DNA of 64,000 bases. Source: Escherichia coli. GTDB lineage: Bacteria; Pseudomonadota; Gammaproteobacteria; Enterobacterales; Enterobacteriaceae. The DNA lies in assembly GCF_041248615.1 (NCBI RefSeq), contig NZ_CP158426.1; one strand, 5' to 3'. The notes under the pieces were generated by a model. The model had not been told where the DNA came from. It saw nothing but the letters and a program-made list of their open reading frames with translations, and did no database searches. Each line of letters starts with the position of its first letter. Position 1 is the first letter of the stretch. Positions 46,381-57,063 of this stretch are shown here, piece after piece. The position numbers and the translations under genes were made by a program.

Positions 46381-48956
46381 CGTCCACCTCCGGAGAACAG
46401 GCCACCATCACGCATCTGTGTCTGAATTTCATCACGGGCACCCTTGCGGGCCATGTCATACACTGCCTTCATCATCTGTGGACCTGGCAGACCATTCGTA
46501 CCGTCGTTCTGAATCACCACGTGATTGTTCTGATTAAAATTAATGCCTTCAGCCCGCCGCATCTGCGCCGGACTTCCGGTGCCACCGACATAACCACCAG
46601 TGGCATAGCCGCGCATCAGCCGGTAGAGATTCCCCACGCCAATCCGGCTGGTTGCCTCCTTCGTGAAGACAAATTCACCACGGTGAACAATCCCCGCTGG
46701 CTCATATTTGCCGCCGGTTCCCGTAAATCCTCCGGTCGCAAAATGGAATTTTGCCGCAGCAGCCTGAATGGCTGTACCGCCTGACACTGATGCGCCACCA
46801 CCGGCAGCACCGCCAATGACGCTGCCGATACTCCCGACAATCCCCACCATTGCCTGCTTAACCAGAATTTCTGTCATCATGGACAGCACGGAACGGGTGA
46901 AGCTGCGCCAGTTCTGTTCACTGCCGGTCAGCATCGCCGCCATATTCTGCGCAATACCATCAAAGGTCTGCGTGGCAGCACTTTTAACCTGCGACATACT
47001 GTCCGTGGCGCTCTCTTCCCACTCACTCCAGCCGGACTTCAGGCCTGCCATCCAGCTCCCGCGAAGCAGGTCTTCAGCCGCCCAGGTCTTTTTCTGCTCT
47101 GACATGACGTTATTCAGCGCCAGCGGATTATCGCCATACTGTTCCTTCAGGCGCTGTTCCGTGGCTTCCCGTTCTGCCTGCCGGTCAGTCAGCCCCCGGC
47201 TTTTCGCATCAATGGCGGCCCGTTTTGCCCGTTGCTGCTGTGCGAATTTATCCGCCTGCTGCGCCAGCGCGTTCAGGCGCTCCTGATACGTAACCTTGTC
47301 GCCAAGTGCAGCCAGCTGGCGTTTGTACTCCAGCGTCTCATCTTTATGCGCCAGCAGGGATTTCTCCTGTGCAGACAGCTGGCGACGTTGCGCCGCCTCC
47401 TCCAGTACCGCGAACTGACTCTCCGCCTTCCACAAATCCCGGCGCTGCTGGCTGATTTTCTCATTTGCTCCGGCATGCTTCTCCAGCGTCCGGAGTTCAG
47501 CCTGAAGCGTCAGCAGGGCAGCATGAGCACTGTCTTCCTGACGATCGCCCGCAGACACCTTCACGCCGGACTGTTTCGGCTTTTTCAGCGTCGCTTCATA
47601 ATCCTTTTTCGCCGCCGCCATCAGCGTGTTGTAATCTGCCTGCAGGATTTTCCCGTCTTTCAGTGCCTTGTTCAGTTCTTCCTGACGGGCGGTATATTTC
47701 TCCAGCGGTGTCTGCAGGCGTTCGTAAGCCTTCTGCGCCTCTTCGGTATATTTCAGCCGTGATGCCTCAGAGTCGGCCCAGTCCTTTGCTGCCATCTCTC
47801 TGGCCTTTTCAAGATCGGCCTGCAACGTGGCGGCTGAAAGCCCAAGTTGCGCATTCGCTCTGTCCTCCCATGCTCCCCGGAGATTGGCAAGAAATGCTGA
47901 GGTTTTACCGCGCCGGTGGCTCCGGCTCTGATACCACTGCCATTTTTTGTCCGCCTCATCAAAAGCCTTTTCTGCTTTCTCCAGCATTTCCCGGGCAGTG
48001 TCCGGGCGACCAATATCCAGCACCGAATCCCACATGGATTTGAATGCCCGCGCTGTCCTGTCTGCCCAGGTCTCCAGCGTGCCCATGTTCTCTTTCAGGC
48101 GGCGGGTCTGGTCATCAAACCCTTTCGTTGCGGCCTCGTTCGCCGCCTGCAATGCCCCTGCCTCATCGCCGGAACGCTGCAACTGAGCAACATACGCAAT
48201 CTGCTCCGCCGTCACGTTATGGAACTGACGCGCCATCGCTGTCAGCCCTGACGTCGGGTCTGTGGTCAGCTTCCCGAAGGCTTCAGCGACCTTGTCCACC
48301 TCCACGCCGGATGCAGAGGAGAAACGCGCCACACTCTGGCTGATGGACGCAATCTGAGCCTCACCGCTTACCCCCGCCTTAACCAGTGCGCTGAGTGACT
48401 CGCTGGTCTGGTTAAACGTCAGCCCTGCCGCCTGCCCGGCTCTGGACAGGACCAGCATACGATCTGCCGTCAGACCCGACTGATTGCCGGAAAGGACCAG
48501 CGTTTTGTTGAAATCGGACAGGGTTGAGTTGCCCTGATACCAGGCATACGCCAGCGCACCGGTCGCCACCGCCAGCGAGGTGGCCCCGACCATCGGCAGG
48601 GTGATCGCACCGGCAAGCCCCCTGAACATGGGGATCATCCCGCCGAAGGAGTCCTTCACCTGCCCCCCCTGTTGCAGCAGGATCAGCCACGGACTTTGCC
48701 CGCCTGCAAGCTGCGTGGCCACGTCGGTGAACTGTGCAGGCAGCATACGCATGGCGGCTTTATACTGCCCGACGGAAATCCCCGCTTTCTGTGCAGCCAG
48801 CGCCTGCCGGTTCATTGACTGTTCAACGACTGCCGCTGTTTTTTTCGCATCACTTTCCGTACCGGAAAAATGACGCCTGACTCTGGCCATCTGCTCGTCA
48901 AATCTGGCCGCATCCAGACTTAAATCAACGACCAGATCGCCTACCGGTTCAGCCAT
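46377..48956 (-). CDS. H: Tail tape measure protein H
   Basis: 859-aa ORF in lambda order after G/T. Confidence 0.85.
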   Translation of the reverse strand: MAEPVGDLVVDLSLDAARFDEQMARVRRHFSGTESDAKKTAAVVEQSMNRQALAAQKAGISVGQYKAAMRMLPAQFTDVATQLAGGQSPWLILLQQGGQVKDSFGGMIPMFRGLAGAITLPMVGATSLAVATGALAYAWYQGNSTLSDFNKTLVLSGNQSGLTADRMLVLSRAGQAAGLTFNQTSESLSALVKAGVSGEAQIASISQSVARFSSASGVEVDKVAEAFGKLTTDPTSGLTAMARQFHNVTAEQIAYVAQLQRSGDEAGALQAANEAATKGFDDQTRRLKENMGTLETWADRTARAFKSMWDSVLDIGRPDTAREMLEKAEKAFDEADKKWQWYQSRSHRRGKTSAFLANLRGAWEDRANAQLGLSAATLQADLEKAREMAAKDWADSEASRLKYTEEAQKAYERLQTPLEKYTARQEELNKALKDGKILQADYNTLMAAAKKDYEATLKKPKQSGVKVSAGDRQEDSAHAALLTLQAELRTLEKHAGANEKISQQRRDLWKAESQFAVLEEAAQRRQLSAQEKSLLAHKDETLEYKRQLAALGDKVTYQERLNALAQQADKFAQQQRAKRAAIDAKSRGLTDRQAEREATEQRLKEQYGDNPLALNNVMSEQKKTWAAEDLLRGSWMAGLKSGWSEWEESATDSMSQVKSAATQTFDGIAQNMAAMLTGSEQNWRSFTRSVLSMMTEILVKQAMVGIVGSIGSVIGGAAGGGASVSGGTAIQAAAAKFHFATGGFTGTGGKYEPAGIVHRGEFVFTKEATSRIGVGNLYRLMRGYATGGYVGGTGSPAQMRRAEGINFNQNNHVVIQNDGTNGLPGPQMMKAVYDMARKGARDEIQTQMRDGGLFSGGGR

Positions 48957-49383
48957 ACCGGACTCCTCCTGCGATCCCTTCTGATACTGTCATCAGCATT
49001 ACGTCATCCTCCGTCATGTCCGCCACATCCGGGGAAGCGGGGATAACTTCATTCCCGTCCGGGCCAAAGCGGACACCTCCGGCAAGCCCTGCCGCTTTCT
49101 GCATCAGCACATCATCTTCAGGCTCTTCGTCAGCCTCACGCCGGTTCAGCAAACTGAAATCCAGCGGATGCATATCCGGATCGCTGAAAAACAGGCTGAG
49201 CACGGTGTACGTCAGCCCGGAAAAGTGCATATCCAGCAGAACATCATGAAAATAATGGGTACTGTAAAAGCGGTGCCAGTCGGCATACTCCGTGGATGAC
49301 ATCCCGGCAAGCATGGCACGCCAGTCGGGTCGCCCCATCTCACGCGCCAGTTTCAGGGCAAAACTCAGCTCACCGTCGAACAC
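48949..49383 (-). CDS. T: Tail assembly chaperone T frame (expressed as G-T fusion by -1 frameshift)
   Basis: ORF in -1 frame relative to G, overlapping G 3' end; slippery heptamer GGGAAAG at 49383-49389 (minus strand). Confidence 0.75.
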   Translation of the reverse strand: MFDGELSFALKLAREMGRPDWRAMLAGMSSTEYADWHRFYSTHYFHDVLLDMHFSGLTYTVLSLFFSDPDMHPLDFSLLNRREADEEPEDDVLMQKAAGLAGGVRFGPDGNEVIPASPDVADMTEDDVMLMTVSEGIAGGVRYG

Positions 49384-49787
49384 TTTCCCGCAGAAACAGG
49401 CTCTGCAGGCCCGGCGTCATCTGCCTGTTCAGGGGCATTATTCACCACAAACTCATACATACCGGACAGCCGGTACACCACGTTTTCAGCATGATAAATT
49501 GCCTGTGTGGGCCAGGTGGTAAGCACTTCCTGCTCAATCTGTTTAACGGCTTCATTCATGGAAGGCTGCTTTGTCTTCTGCGGATGGTTATGCCACAGGG
49601 ACATCGCCACCAGAAACGCGCCGGTTCTGATGGCGTCTTCCACAGTAAACTTCCGGTTGCTGTCTGACTCCGCCTGTTCTGCCTGCCGTTTCATCAGGGC
49701 GAGATGCTCAATACGCTGCAGGGCTGACAGTTCAGAAAGCGTGACGGTCACGCCGTTATGTTCAAATTGTTCTGTTTTCAGAAACAT
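49365..49787 (-). CDS. G: Tail assembly chaperone G
   Basis: 140-aa ORF following V; ends ...AGKCSTVS across the slippery site. Confidence 0.8.
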   Translation of the reverse strand: MFLKTEQFEHNGVTVTLSELSALQRIEHLALMKRQAEQAESDSNRKFTVEDAIRTGAFLVAMSLWHNHPQKTKQPSMNEAVKQIEQEVLTTWPTQAIYHAENVVYRLSGMYEFVVNNAPEQADDAGPAEPVSAGKCSTVS

Positions 49788-49800
49788 GTATTACCTCCGT

Positions 49801-50553
49801 TTACCCTGCAGCGCCCGCTTCAGTAACGGTGACTTCAGCCACTGCGGCGAACTGACCATTTCCGCTCACCACAGGGATCTGCACCTTACCTGTCGCCACG
49901 CCGTTTACCGTAATTGTCATATCTTTCACACTAATGGTGGCTTTCGACGGATCGGCGGAAACCGCTCTGAACGTCTTGTCGGTTGCACTTTCCGGCTCAA
50001 AAGAAACCGTCAGGGTGGTTGTTTTCCCTTTTGCCACCGTACCGGATGTCGGCGTCACCTTAATCGCACTGACCGGCGTAATTTTGCTGCGTTCTTCCGC
50101 TACAGAAGGTTTACCCACGTTAGTGACTTTCACCGTGCGGGTGATCACTTCTTTCGCCGTCACCGCCTTACCGATGCTGCTGACCCAGCCGCGGAACACA
50201 TCGACCGTGCCGTTCGGGAAGCGGATTTTATAGGCACGGGTATCACCTTCATTAAACCACGCCAGCAGCGCCTGCTGCCCCTGCTCTCCGGGCATCCACG
50301 CCAGCGTGAAGCTGGTATCTCCGGCGGATTTCTGCCCCTGTCCGGTCGCGGCCCAGTCCGCATCTTCATCATCGAGATAACTGTCGTCATAGGACTCAGC
50401 GGTCAGTTCGCCGGGCGTCAGGTCTTTAACTTTAGCCAGACGCGACCAGTCAACGTCTGAAAGCGGGTTCGCATAAGGGTCACCGTTCCCCTTATAAACC
50501 CACAGTGTGGTCCCGGCCCCTTTCACCGGTGCCAGAGGATTTGGTGTTGGCAT
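49801..50553 (-). CDS. V: Major tail protein V with C-terminal Ig-like domain
   Basis: Start at [22 protein letters not shown]; near-identical in recall to lambda V. Confidence 0.9.
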   Translation of the reverse strand: MPTPNPLAPVKGAGTTLWVYKGNGDPYANPLSDVDWSRLAKVKDLTPGELTAESYDDSYLDDEDADWAATGQGQKSAGDTSFTLAWMPGEQGQQALLAWFNEGDTRAYKIRFPNGTVDVFRGWVSSIGKAVTAKEVITRTVKVTNVGKPSVAEERSKITPVSAIKVTPTSGTVAKGKTTTLTVSFEPESATDKTFRAVSADPSKATISVKDMTITVNGVATGKVQIPVVSGNGQFAAVAEVTVTEAGAAG

Positions 50554-50560
50554 ATCGTCC

Positions 50561-50956
50561 TCACATTTCATAGGTAATGACATAAGTCAGATCGGCTGAA
50601 CTCCACAGGCCCGCATCATCGTCGCGCCGGTAGTCATAGCCACTGGCCACCATACTGGTGATCAAATCTGACAGTGCCGGGATATCACTCATCACCGGAT
50701 AAATCCGGGACTCCATCCACGCATCCAGCTCTGAATCCGGCACCTGAGCAGGCAGGAAAACTTCAATATGCAGCTCCGCCTGCCAGGTATCGCTGTCCAG
50801 CTCTTCGCCCGTGTATTCAGCGCCGGTGAGATAAACGGCAACTGCCGGAAAATCCGCCTCATCAAAAACAGCGGGGCGACCATCAAAAAGCGTCGCCCCG
50901 GTGTCATGCTTCTCCAGTGCATCCAGTACGGCTGTACGGAGTTCAGTATTTTTCAT
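50561..50956 (-). CDS. U: Tail terminator protein U
   Basis: 131-aa ORF in lambda order between Z and V. Confidence 0.85.
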   Translation of the reverse strand: MKNTELRTAVLDALEKHDTGATLFDGRPAVFDEADFPAVAVYLTGAEYTGEELDSDTWQAELHIEVFLPAQVPDSELDAWMESRIYPVMSDIPALSDLITSMVASGYDYRRDDDAGLWSSADLTYVITYEM

Positions 50957-51528
50957 CGCTTTATCACAATCCTCAGTTGTTGTTTCAGCGCATAGCTCAG
51001 TTCTTTTGGCAGACGTTCGCGTCGGATACGGTTAACGTTCTCATCAAAAGCCTGTTTCAGTGGGGCCGACATCGGAATTTTCACCACCTGAATGGGAAGA
51101 CGATTACGCTTTTTCCTTCCCTTATCGTCATTGCCCTTCGCATACCTGGCTTCTGGCAGACGTTGCATAACATGCCAGCGCCCATTATTCAGTCGCTGGA
51201 TGAATGCCCGCTGATAACGATGCTGACCGGCTTTGAGTATGCTGTTCGGGCGACGTCCCAGCATCCTGATCCCCAGCTTAATCACAGGAAGATCGCCGCG
51301 GTTAACGATAATTTTTGCGTTCGGATTTCTGACCGTAGCCCGTTTCAGTCTGGATCGCTGTTTAACCAGTTTTCTCGGCACCCGGGTTTCACGGGCGACC
51401 TGAGACGAAGACTGATTAATCGCCGTTGTGGCCACGCGGTTAATGGCCATTGCTGACGCACCGGGCACCGCCGTTCTGCTGATACGGCTGAGGTTTTCAA
51501 CGGCCTGCTCAAGACCCTGTATGGCCAT
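50953..51528 (-). CDS. Z: Minor tail protein Z
   Basis: 191-aa ORF in lambda order. Confidence 0.8.
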   Translation of the reverse strand: MAIQGLEQAVENLSRISRTAVPGASAMAINRVATTAINQSSSQVARETRVPRKLVKQRSRLKRATVRNPNAKIIVNRGDLPVIKLGIRMLGRRPNSILKAGQHRYQRAFIQRLNNGRWHVMQRLPEARYAKGNDDKGRKKRNRLPIQVVKIPMSAPLKQAFDENVNRIRRERLPKELSYALKQQLRIVIKR

Positions 51529-51539
51529 ACATCCCCCTT

Positions 51540-51902
51540 TCAGCGGCGACGATTAACGGCAGGCGGTACGCCCCGCCCAAGCCAGAGATGACAGCTTCCG
51601 CCATCATCCGGCGAAACCCGGTCTATCCAGAAGTTTTCCTCACCGATGGTCAGCGTGTCTCCACGCCGCAGTTGCCGCACATCATCAGTCCGGACAAACA
51701 GGGACGGGCTGGAGCCTTCAACGCGCACGCCCTGTCCGGCATAGCTGATATTTTCAGGGTCATCAAAAACACCACGTATTACTGCGCCGGGCTGCTCACC
51801 GGATGTAATGGTGGCTGACGTTCCCATATGCCCGCGTATCGTTTCATCAGCCCGGGCAATGGCTGTATCAAAACCGTTATCCCTGATATTAATAACTTTC
51901 AT
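51540..51902 (-). CDS. FII: Head-tail joining protein FII
   Basis: Start placed at MKVINIRDNG; strong recalled match to lambda FII (...AIARADETIRG.MGTSATITSGEQ...). Confidence 0.85.
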   Translation of the reverse strand: MKVINIRDNGFDTAIARADETIRGHMGTSATITSGEQPGAVIRGVFDDPENISYAGQGVRVEGSSPSLFVRTDDVRQLRRGDTLTIGEENFWIDRVSPDDGGSCHLWLGRGVPPAVNRRR

Positions 51903-52254
51903 CTGTAACAAGCCCCTCCAGGACAAGTTCCGCAACATTCACTGGATCAACTCTGACAGTCATACCTGTAACAACAATCTCCATATCACTGTCATCATGC
52001 GGATGTTTTCCCGCCACATGCAGGGTTTTGAGTACACGAACAGTGCTCATTTCATCCCCGCCAGTGGAGTAGCTATACGTCATCAAATGCCTTTCGTTCT
52101 CATCACTCGCCTGGTTTTTGTCCTCTGCTTCCTCTTCCCATTCCGCCACCCGCTGCGCTATCTCTGCGGCACTCCCGGATATATCCGGCTCACGCCCCAG
52201 AATCCGGGCCAGTTCATCAAGCCGTTTCAGATTTTGCTCTTTCGTTGCCATATC
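51889..52254 (-). CDS. DNA packaging protein FI-like
   Basis: Start placed at MATKEQNLKRLDE; acidic protein between E and FII. Confidence 0.65.
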   Translation of the reverse strand, partial: DMATKEQNLKRLDELARILGREPDISGSAAEIAQRVAEWEEEAEDKNQASDENERHLMTYSYSTGGDEMSTVRVLKTLHVAGKHPHDDSDMEIVVTGMTVRVDPVNVAELVLEGLVTDESY

Positions 52255-52302
52255 AGGCCTCTGTGAAAAAAGACACGGGGGCATTTCGCCCCCGCTCACG
52301 GA

Positions 52303-53331
52303 TTATTTCACCTGTACCACCACAAACTCATCCGGGTCCGGCAACACCATCAGCGGCGCGGACTGCGTCATGGTAAATTCACGGGCGGGATCCCCCACCG
52401 TCAGCCAGTGTTTCGGATAACGGGAAGAGGCCACCACTCCTTCAGACAACGCCTGTGCATCCTGAATGGCACCGTAACAACGGATCCCATCTGCAGCAGT
52501 ATTCCCCAGGACCAGCGTGCCGTCTGGCAGATAACGTTTTTCGGTACCGTCCTCTGCCACATAAGACGTTTTCGCCACCACAATGGCCAGATCACCGTAA
52601 TACCCTTTGAAAGACACCACCGCCCCCAGGTCTTTCACTGCCGTTTCGAGTTGCGAATTTGAACCGCGACGGGTATCCAGTTTTTCGCGGAACAGCTTAA
52701 AACCATTCAGCAGACGCCAGACGGTACCGTCCATAATGGCAATATTCACAAGGCCGCTGGCCTGGTCGCAGTAGAGGTCAATATCATGCGCAGGATCGAA
52801 CGTGTCACGATCGTGCTCAGACCATTTTTTACCACTGGCCTGCGTAATGTTATTCTTCGTCGACCTGCCAAAATCGACCTCAATTTTCTCGAACTGGTCT
52901 CCTTCCATGGTGTATTTGCCATACAGCACGGCATTTACCGCCTGCATTTCTTCCACCTGGACAATCGCGTGCTCTTCCTGTTTGAGGTTATCGGTAATGA
53001 TACGCAGACGGCGGTAAGCCGGATCATTCAGTTGAGATGGATCTTCACCAGGAAGGCGCTCAACCGCCTGCCGGGAATTAAATTCGTGTTTCGGCTTGAC
53101 GTAGCCCGGACGCAACACGCGGGTTTCACCACCACGATGACGCAGCACTTTTCCTTCAACAACCGGGGAGACATAGGCCGCCACCGGCGTTTTTCCGGTA
53201 ATTTTGTCCAGCATCACCTCTTCGGTATGGAAATTCACCGTACGACGGAAAAACAGCTCCAGAAACAGCGCACGAAATTTCACTTTTTGTTCGGTATAAC
53301 CGAGTAACTGGCGGGTCGTAAACAATCCCAT
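52303..53331 (-). CDS. E: Major capsid protein E
   Basis: 342-aa ORF in lambda order after D. Confidence 0.85.
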   Translation of the reverse strand: MGLFTTRQLLGYTEQKVKFRALFLELFFRRTVNFHTEEVMLDKITGKTPVAAYVSPVVEGKVLRHRGGETRVLRPGYVKPKHEFNSRQAVERLPGEDPSQLNDPAYRRLRIITDNLKQEEHAIVQVEEMQAVNAVLYGKYTMEGDQFEKIEVDFGRSTKNNITQASGKKWSEHDRDTFDPAHDIDLYCDQASGLVNIAIMDGTVWRLLNGFKLFREKLDTRRGSNSQLETAVKDLGAVVSFKGYYGDLAIVVAKTSYVAEDGTEKRYLPDGTLVLGNTAADGIRCYGAIQDAQALSEGVVASSRYPKHWLTVGDPAREFTMTQSAPLMVLPDPDEFVVVQVK

Positions 53332-53388
53332 AAATCAGTTCCTTTCATTCAGAAATCAGTCAGGCCACCGCGGTGGCCTGATAACGTG

Positions 53389-53736
53389 TTACGGCAGCGC
53401 CGCGTGACTCAGGGCACTACCGGCAAAGGCGTTGGCCTTTTTGTGTTCATCCACACTGTCAGGCCAGCGGATTGCCTCCGTCGCAAAGGTTCCCGACTTG
53501 TAATACGTCAGCACCGTCTCTGTGCCTTCAAGCGGCAGTACCAGTATGCCAACCGCACTACCGGCTTTCTGTCCGTCCCAGACCACCAGTTTCCCGGTGG
53601 CTTCATCCAGCATCAGGGGCGTCAGTGCCGGTGTTGGCGAGGAAATCCCGCTGCTGCCTGTGGCGGTATGAGCCGGATCATTACCGGCAAAAATACGTAC
53701 TTCCGCACGCTGTTCAGTGATGGTTTTCGTTACCAT
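53389..53736 (-). CDS. D: Head decoration protein D
   Basis: 115-aa ORF in lambda order after C. Confidence 0.8.
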   Translation of the reverse strand: MVTKTITEQRAEVRIFAGNDPAHTATGSSGISSPTPALTPLMLDEATGKLVVWDGQKAGSAVGILVLPLEGTETVLTYYKSGTFATEAIRWPDSVDEHKKANAFAGSALSHAALP

Positions 53737-53772
53737 ATTGTAAAAACCTCCTATTGATGGTCAGCACTGGCT

Positions 53773-55278
53773 TCATGGCATGGCCATGAGCATTTTCACG
53801 TCCGCATCACCGTCTGCTGACGTCTGTGGCACGCCACCCTGTACCGCTGCCGGTGAATGGTTCGCCATGAAATGTTCAAACATGGCGGTTGTGGATGCAG
53901 AGACCGGTTCTGCTTTACCTGACCCCGCAGCCAGCACAGCCCGGGCGTTCTCCACGGTCATTCCCGGGCAGGCAGCCAGCTGTTCAGCCTGCGCCTCAGC
54001 CCCTTTTGCCTCATCCAGGGCCATGATCTGATCACGGAGTGATGGTCCGGCATCCGCCTGCGGTGAAGCTGCCAGGATCGGGCGGGCTTTTTCCACCGTC
54101 ATCTCCGGCATCGCCGCCAGCGTTGCCGCCAGTTGTTCACGACCTTTCGCCTCTTCACACGCCATAATGCGATCGGCTTCACTCTGCGCGGATGCCACCG
54201 GCTGCTGTGGTGCCGCCGCGGCCAGGATCTCCCGGGCCTGTTCAACGCTCATGCCCTGTTGTCCCGCCAGCATCGTGGCAAGCTGTTCACGTCCTTTCGC
54301 TTCCTTACTCGTCAGGATCCCCATCACTCGCTGGTTCTCCTGCGCGGCGGCTTCCGTTGCAGTTAATTGCGGCATAGTGCCTCCTGTATCATGTGTGTAC
54401 AGCGCCGTGGTCATCACACTGATGGCATCCGACGCATTGACTAATTCATCCGCCAGCCCGGCCTCAATGCCGGACTGACCTTCAAAAACGGCGGCCTCTG
54501 TTCCCGTGACCACATCCACAGACAGCCCGGTATACATCGCCACTTTTTCGGCAAACATCCGGTGTGCCGCATCAATGCGCTGCTGCATGTCCTGACGCAC
54601 CTCTTCCGGTAAGGCTTCAAACTGATTGCCATCCACCTTGTGCGCCCCGGCATAAATCAGCGTGATATCCACACCGGCCTGCGCCAGATGACCGGCATAG
54701 CTGAGATGGCTCATCATCACGCCAATGGAGCCGATACGGGATGTCTGGGTAACCAGCCGTCGGGAGCAGGCCGACGCCAGCAGCATGGCTGCAGAACAGG
54801 CCGTGTCATTGCACAGTGCCCAGACCGGCTTCTGCTGACGGAGGCGGTAAATCATGTCAGCGCAGTCAAACGCGCCTGCGGCCTGCCCGCCCGGACTGTC
54901 AATGTCCAGCAGTACGCCCCGGACAGCGGTGTCCGCCATTGCCTGCTGAAGACAGGCGACAATGCCGTCATAGCCTGTCATTCCGGAAAATGGCCGCATA
55001 CCACCCAGCCGGTGCACCAGCATGCCGGTCACCGGCAGTACAGCAATACCGTTCACCACCCGGTAAACACGGGCCGGTCGTTTACCTCCGGCCATGTACT
55101 CGTCCGTTTCAGCCAGCATTCCGGGAGCATCAAGCTGTACCTGCTGTTGTGGTACCGAAAGACTTGCTGCCCCCATCTCGCGCCCGAGCGCGCAAAAGAA
55201 AACCCGCGCATAGGCGGGCTCCAGAAGCAGCGGTTCATTGAATGCTGCGGCAATAATGTGTGAAAGATTACGTCTCAC
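53773..55278 (-). CDS. C: Capsid assembly protease C (S49 family), with internal repeats
   Basis: 501-aa ORF; protease core then three EAKG(R/A)EQLA... repeats; in lambda the scaffold Nu3 is nested in the C 3' region. Confidence 0.8.
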   Translation of the reverse strand: MRRNLSHIIAAAFNEPLLLEPAYARVFFCALGREMGAASLSVPQQQVQLDAPGMLAETDEYMAGGKRPARVYRVVNGIAVLPVTGMLVHRLGGMRPFSGMTGYDGIVACLQQAMADTAVRGVLLDIDSPGGQAAGAFDCADMIYRLRQQKPVWALCNDTACSAAMLLASACSRRLVTQTSRIGSIGVMMSHLSYAGHLAQAGVDITLIYAGAHKVDGNQFEALPEEVRQDMQQRIDAAHRMFAEKVAMYTGLSVDVVTGTEAAVFEGQSGIEAGLADELVNASDAISVMTTALYTHDTGGTMPQLTATEAAAQENQRVMGILTSKEAKGREQLATMLAGQQGMSVEQAREILAAAAPQQPVASAQSEADRIMACEEAKGREQLAATLAAMPEMTVEKARPILAASPQADAGPSLRDQIMALDEAKGAEAQAEQLAACPGMTVENARAVLAAGSGKAEPVSASTTAMFEHFMANHSPAAVQGGVPQTSADGDADVKMLMAMP

Positions 55279-56860
55279 GTGGTGTTGTCTCCTCTTCCGG
55301 CCTGCGACTCGCCGCTATCTGCTGCTGATACGCCTGCGCTATCCACACCGGACGTGAGAGTCCGGCTTTTTCCCGCTCTGCAGATTCCCTGACCTGCTGG
55401 CGGAAAATGTCCTGATAATCCTCACCCATCAGCGCCAGCTCTTTCTCATACGTGCTCAGTCCGGCCTCAATGCGCATCACCGATTCCTGGACCTCCTTGA
55501 GCCCGTCAATGGCCATTCTTCCGTCTCCAATCCACTCTGCCCGTGACCAGGATGAACGCGCCTGATAAAAATCAAAACGCGCCCGTGGCGGACGAATAAT
55601 CCCCCGCAGAAGAGCCTCTTCCAGCCAGCAGGAAAACATCTGCGTGGCCAGCCGGGCCGCAATAAATTTTCGCCGCCCCATAAAATAGCGCCACGACTCA
55701 TTGGCGGAGGCGCGGGCACTTGAATAACTGACCTTCGAGTAATCACGGGACAACTGTTCGTAGGAAACGCCAAGACCGGCGGCGATATACCGCAGCAGCG
55801 CCTGTTCAAGCGCAGAAAATCCATTGTCTGAATCCTGCGCAGTCTGTAGTTTCAGATCATCACCGGGGAAAAGGTGCGGAATTTTGACACCGCCCAGTGT
55901 CACGTTATTCGTGTCATACCAGCTGGAGAACTTCTCCAGAATATTAATAAGCGGATTATCCTTCTGCCCCTCCGGCGCACCGGCGATATATTCAAAGGCC
56001 TTTTCGGTATCAAGTTCACTTTCAATCGTCGCTGCATACATCGCCTTCACTATGGCTGACTGAAGCTGTGTTGCCTGCAGGGAATCGAGCATTTTCAGCC
56101 GTTCCATGACGCTGTAAAACTGATTAGCCCCACGGGTCTGCCCGTCCTCAACCGGCTCGAAAATATGCAGCATGGCCGGACGCCCGGTGGGAAGTTCACG
56201 CGGGATCCGTTCCCATCGTCCACTACCAGAGAGCGGAAAATCATCCTCACAGATATGGTACGCAACGGCCCGTCCATGCCGATCGACCTCCACCCCGGCC
56301 CGCAGAAAGCGGTTCCCCAAACCGTATCCTGGCGTGTCCACCCGTTTCGGACTCACGGCTTTAAAACGCGTACGAAACAGCTGCGTAGTCTCCGCATCCC
56401 AGACCGGCTGCACAAAGATTTCGCCGTTAAACGCATGAACGCCCACGCCTTCCCGGATAAATTCCGTGAACGTGCGTTTTCCTTCCACGTCGATCTCGCC
56501 AGACATCCCTTCGGCGTATTCCGACCAGGCCGCCTCCACCTCATCGACAAAGCTTTTTGCTGCGGTCTCCCGCATCCCCAGCCAGCGCCAGTTCGGACGG
56601 TAGCTGATCAGAAACATATGCCCGACTATGTGATCCTTATGCAGGGCCACCGCATTAGCCGCTATTCCGTTATTGCGCACCAGATCATCTGCCCGGGCAT
56701 TCCCCAGACGCAACGCGGGCAGCAGGGCCGCATCGACACTCTGCGCCGGTGGCAACCACTCCTCCATTTGCCCGCCAAATCCTGCGCCGCCCCCGTTGTA
56801 GCTGAGACTCTCACGAAGCGGAACGCCGTTCACATCAATCAGGACAGGCGTTCTTTTCAT
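55268..56860 (-). CDS. B: Portal protein B
   Basis: 530-aa ORF in lambda order after W. Confidence 0.85.
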   Translation of the reverse strand: MKRTPVLIDVNGVPLRESLSYNGGGAGFGGQMEEWLPPAQSVDAALLPALRLGNARADDLVRNNGIAANAVALHKDHIVGHMFLISYRPNWRWLGMRETAAKSFVDEVEAAWSEYAEGMSGEIDVEGKRTFTEFIREGVGVHAFNGEIFVQPVWDAETTQLFRTRFKAVSPKRVDTPGYGLGNRFLRAGVEVDRHGRAVAYHICEDDFPLSGSGRWERIPRELPTGRPAMLHIFEPVEDGQTRGANQFYSVMERLKMLDSLQATQLQSAIVKAMYAATIESELDTEKAFEYIAGAPEGQKDNPLINILEKFSSWYDTNNVTLGGVKIPHLFPGDDLKLQTAQDSDNGFSALEQALLRYIAAGLGVSYEQLSRDYSKVSYSSARASANESWRYFMGRRKFIAARLATQMFSCWLEEALLRGIIRPPRARFDFYQARSSWSRAEWIGDGRMAIDGLKEVQESVMRIEAGLSTYEKELALMGEDYQDIFRQQVRESAEREKAGLSRPVWIAQAYQQQIAASRRPEEETTPRET

Positions 56861-57063
56861 AACCTCACTCCCAGCGGACGACGGCGACGTCGGGTTGTCC
56901 CCAGTACCGACTCCGCATCATTGATCGCCCGGTTAAGCTCATCCAGAGAAGCCGCCGTATATTCAATTCTGCGACCATCTTTCTGGACAGACACCACCCG
57001 TTTACCGGTTAATAAATCAAGGCGCGCCTGACGCAGCGCCTGCAGTTCAGCGACTGTAACCAT
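56857..57063 (-). CDS. W: Head-tail connector protein W
   Basis: 68-aa ORF between A and B. Confidence 0.8.
   Translation of the reverse strand: MVTVAELQALRQARLDLLTGKRVVSVQKDGRRIEYTAASLDELNRAINDAESVLGTTRRRRRPLGVRL

Noticed and set aside
56165-57031. 288-aa plus-strand ORF
   Set aside because: Antisense to the lambdoid portal gene; high-GC shadow frame.
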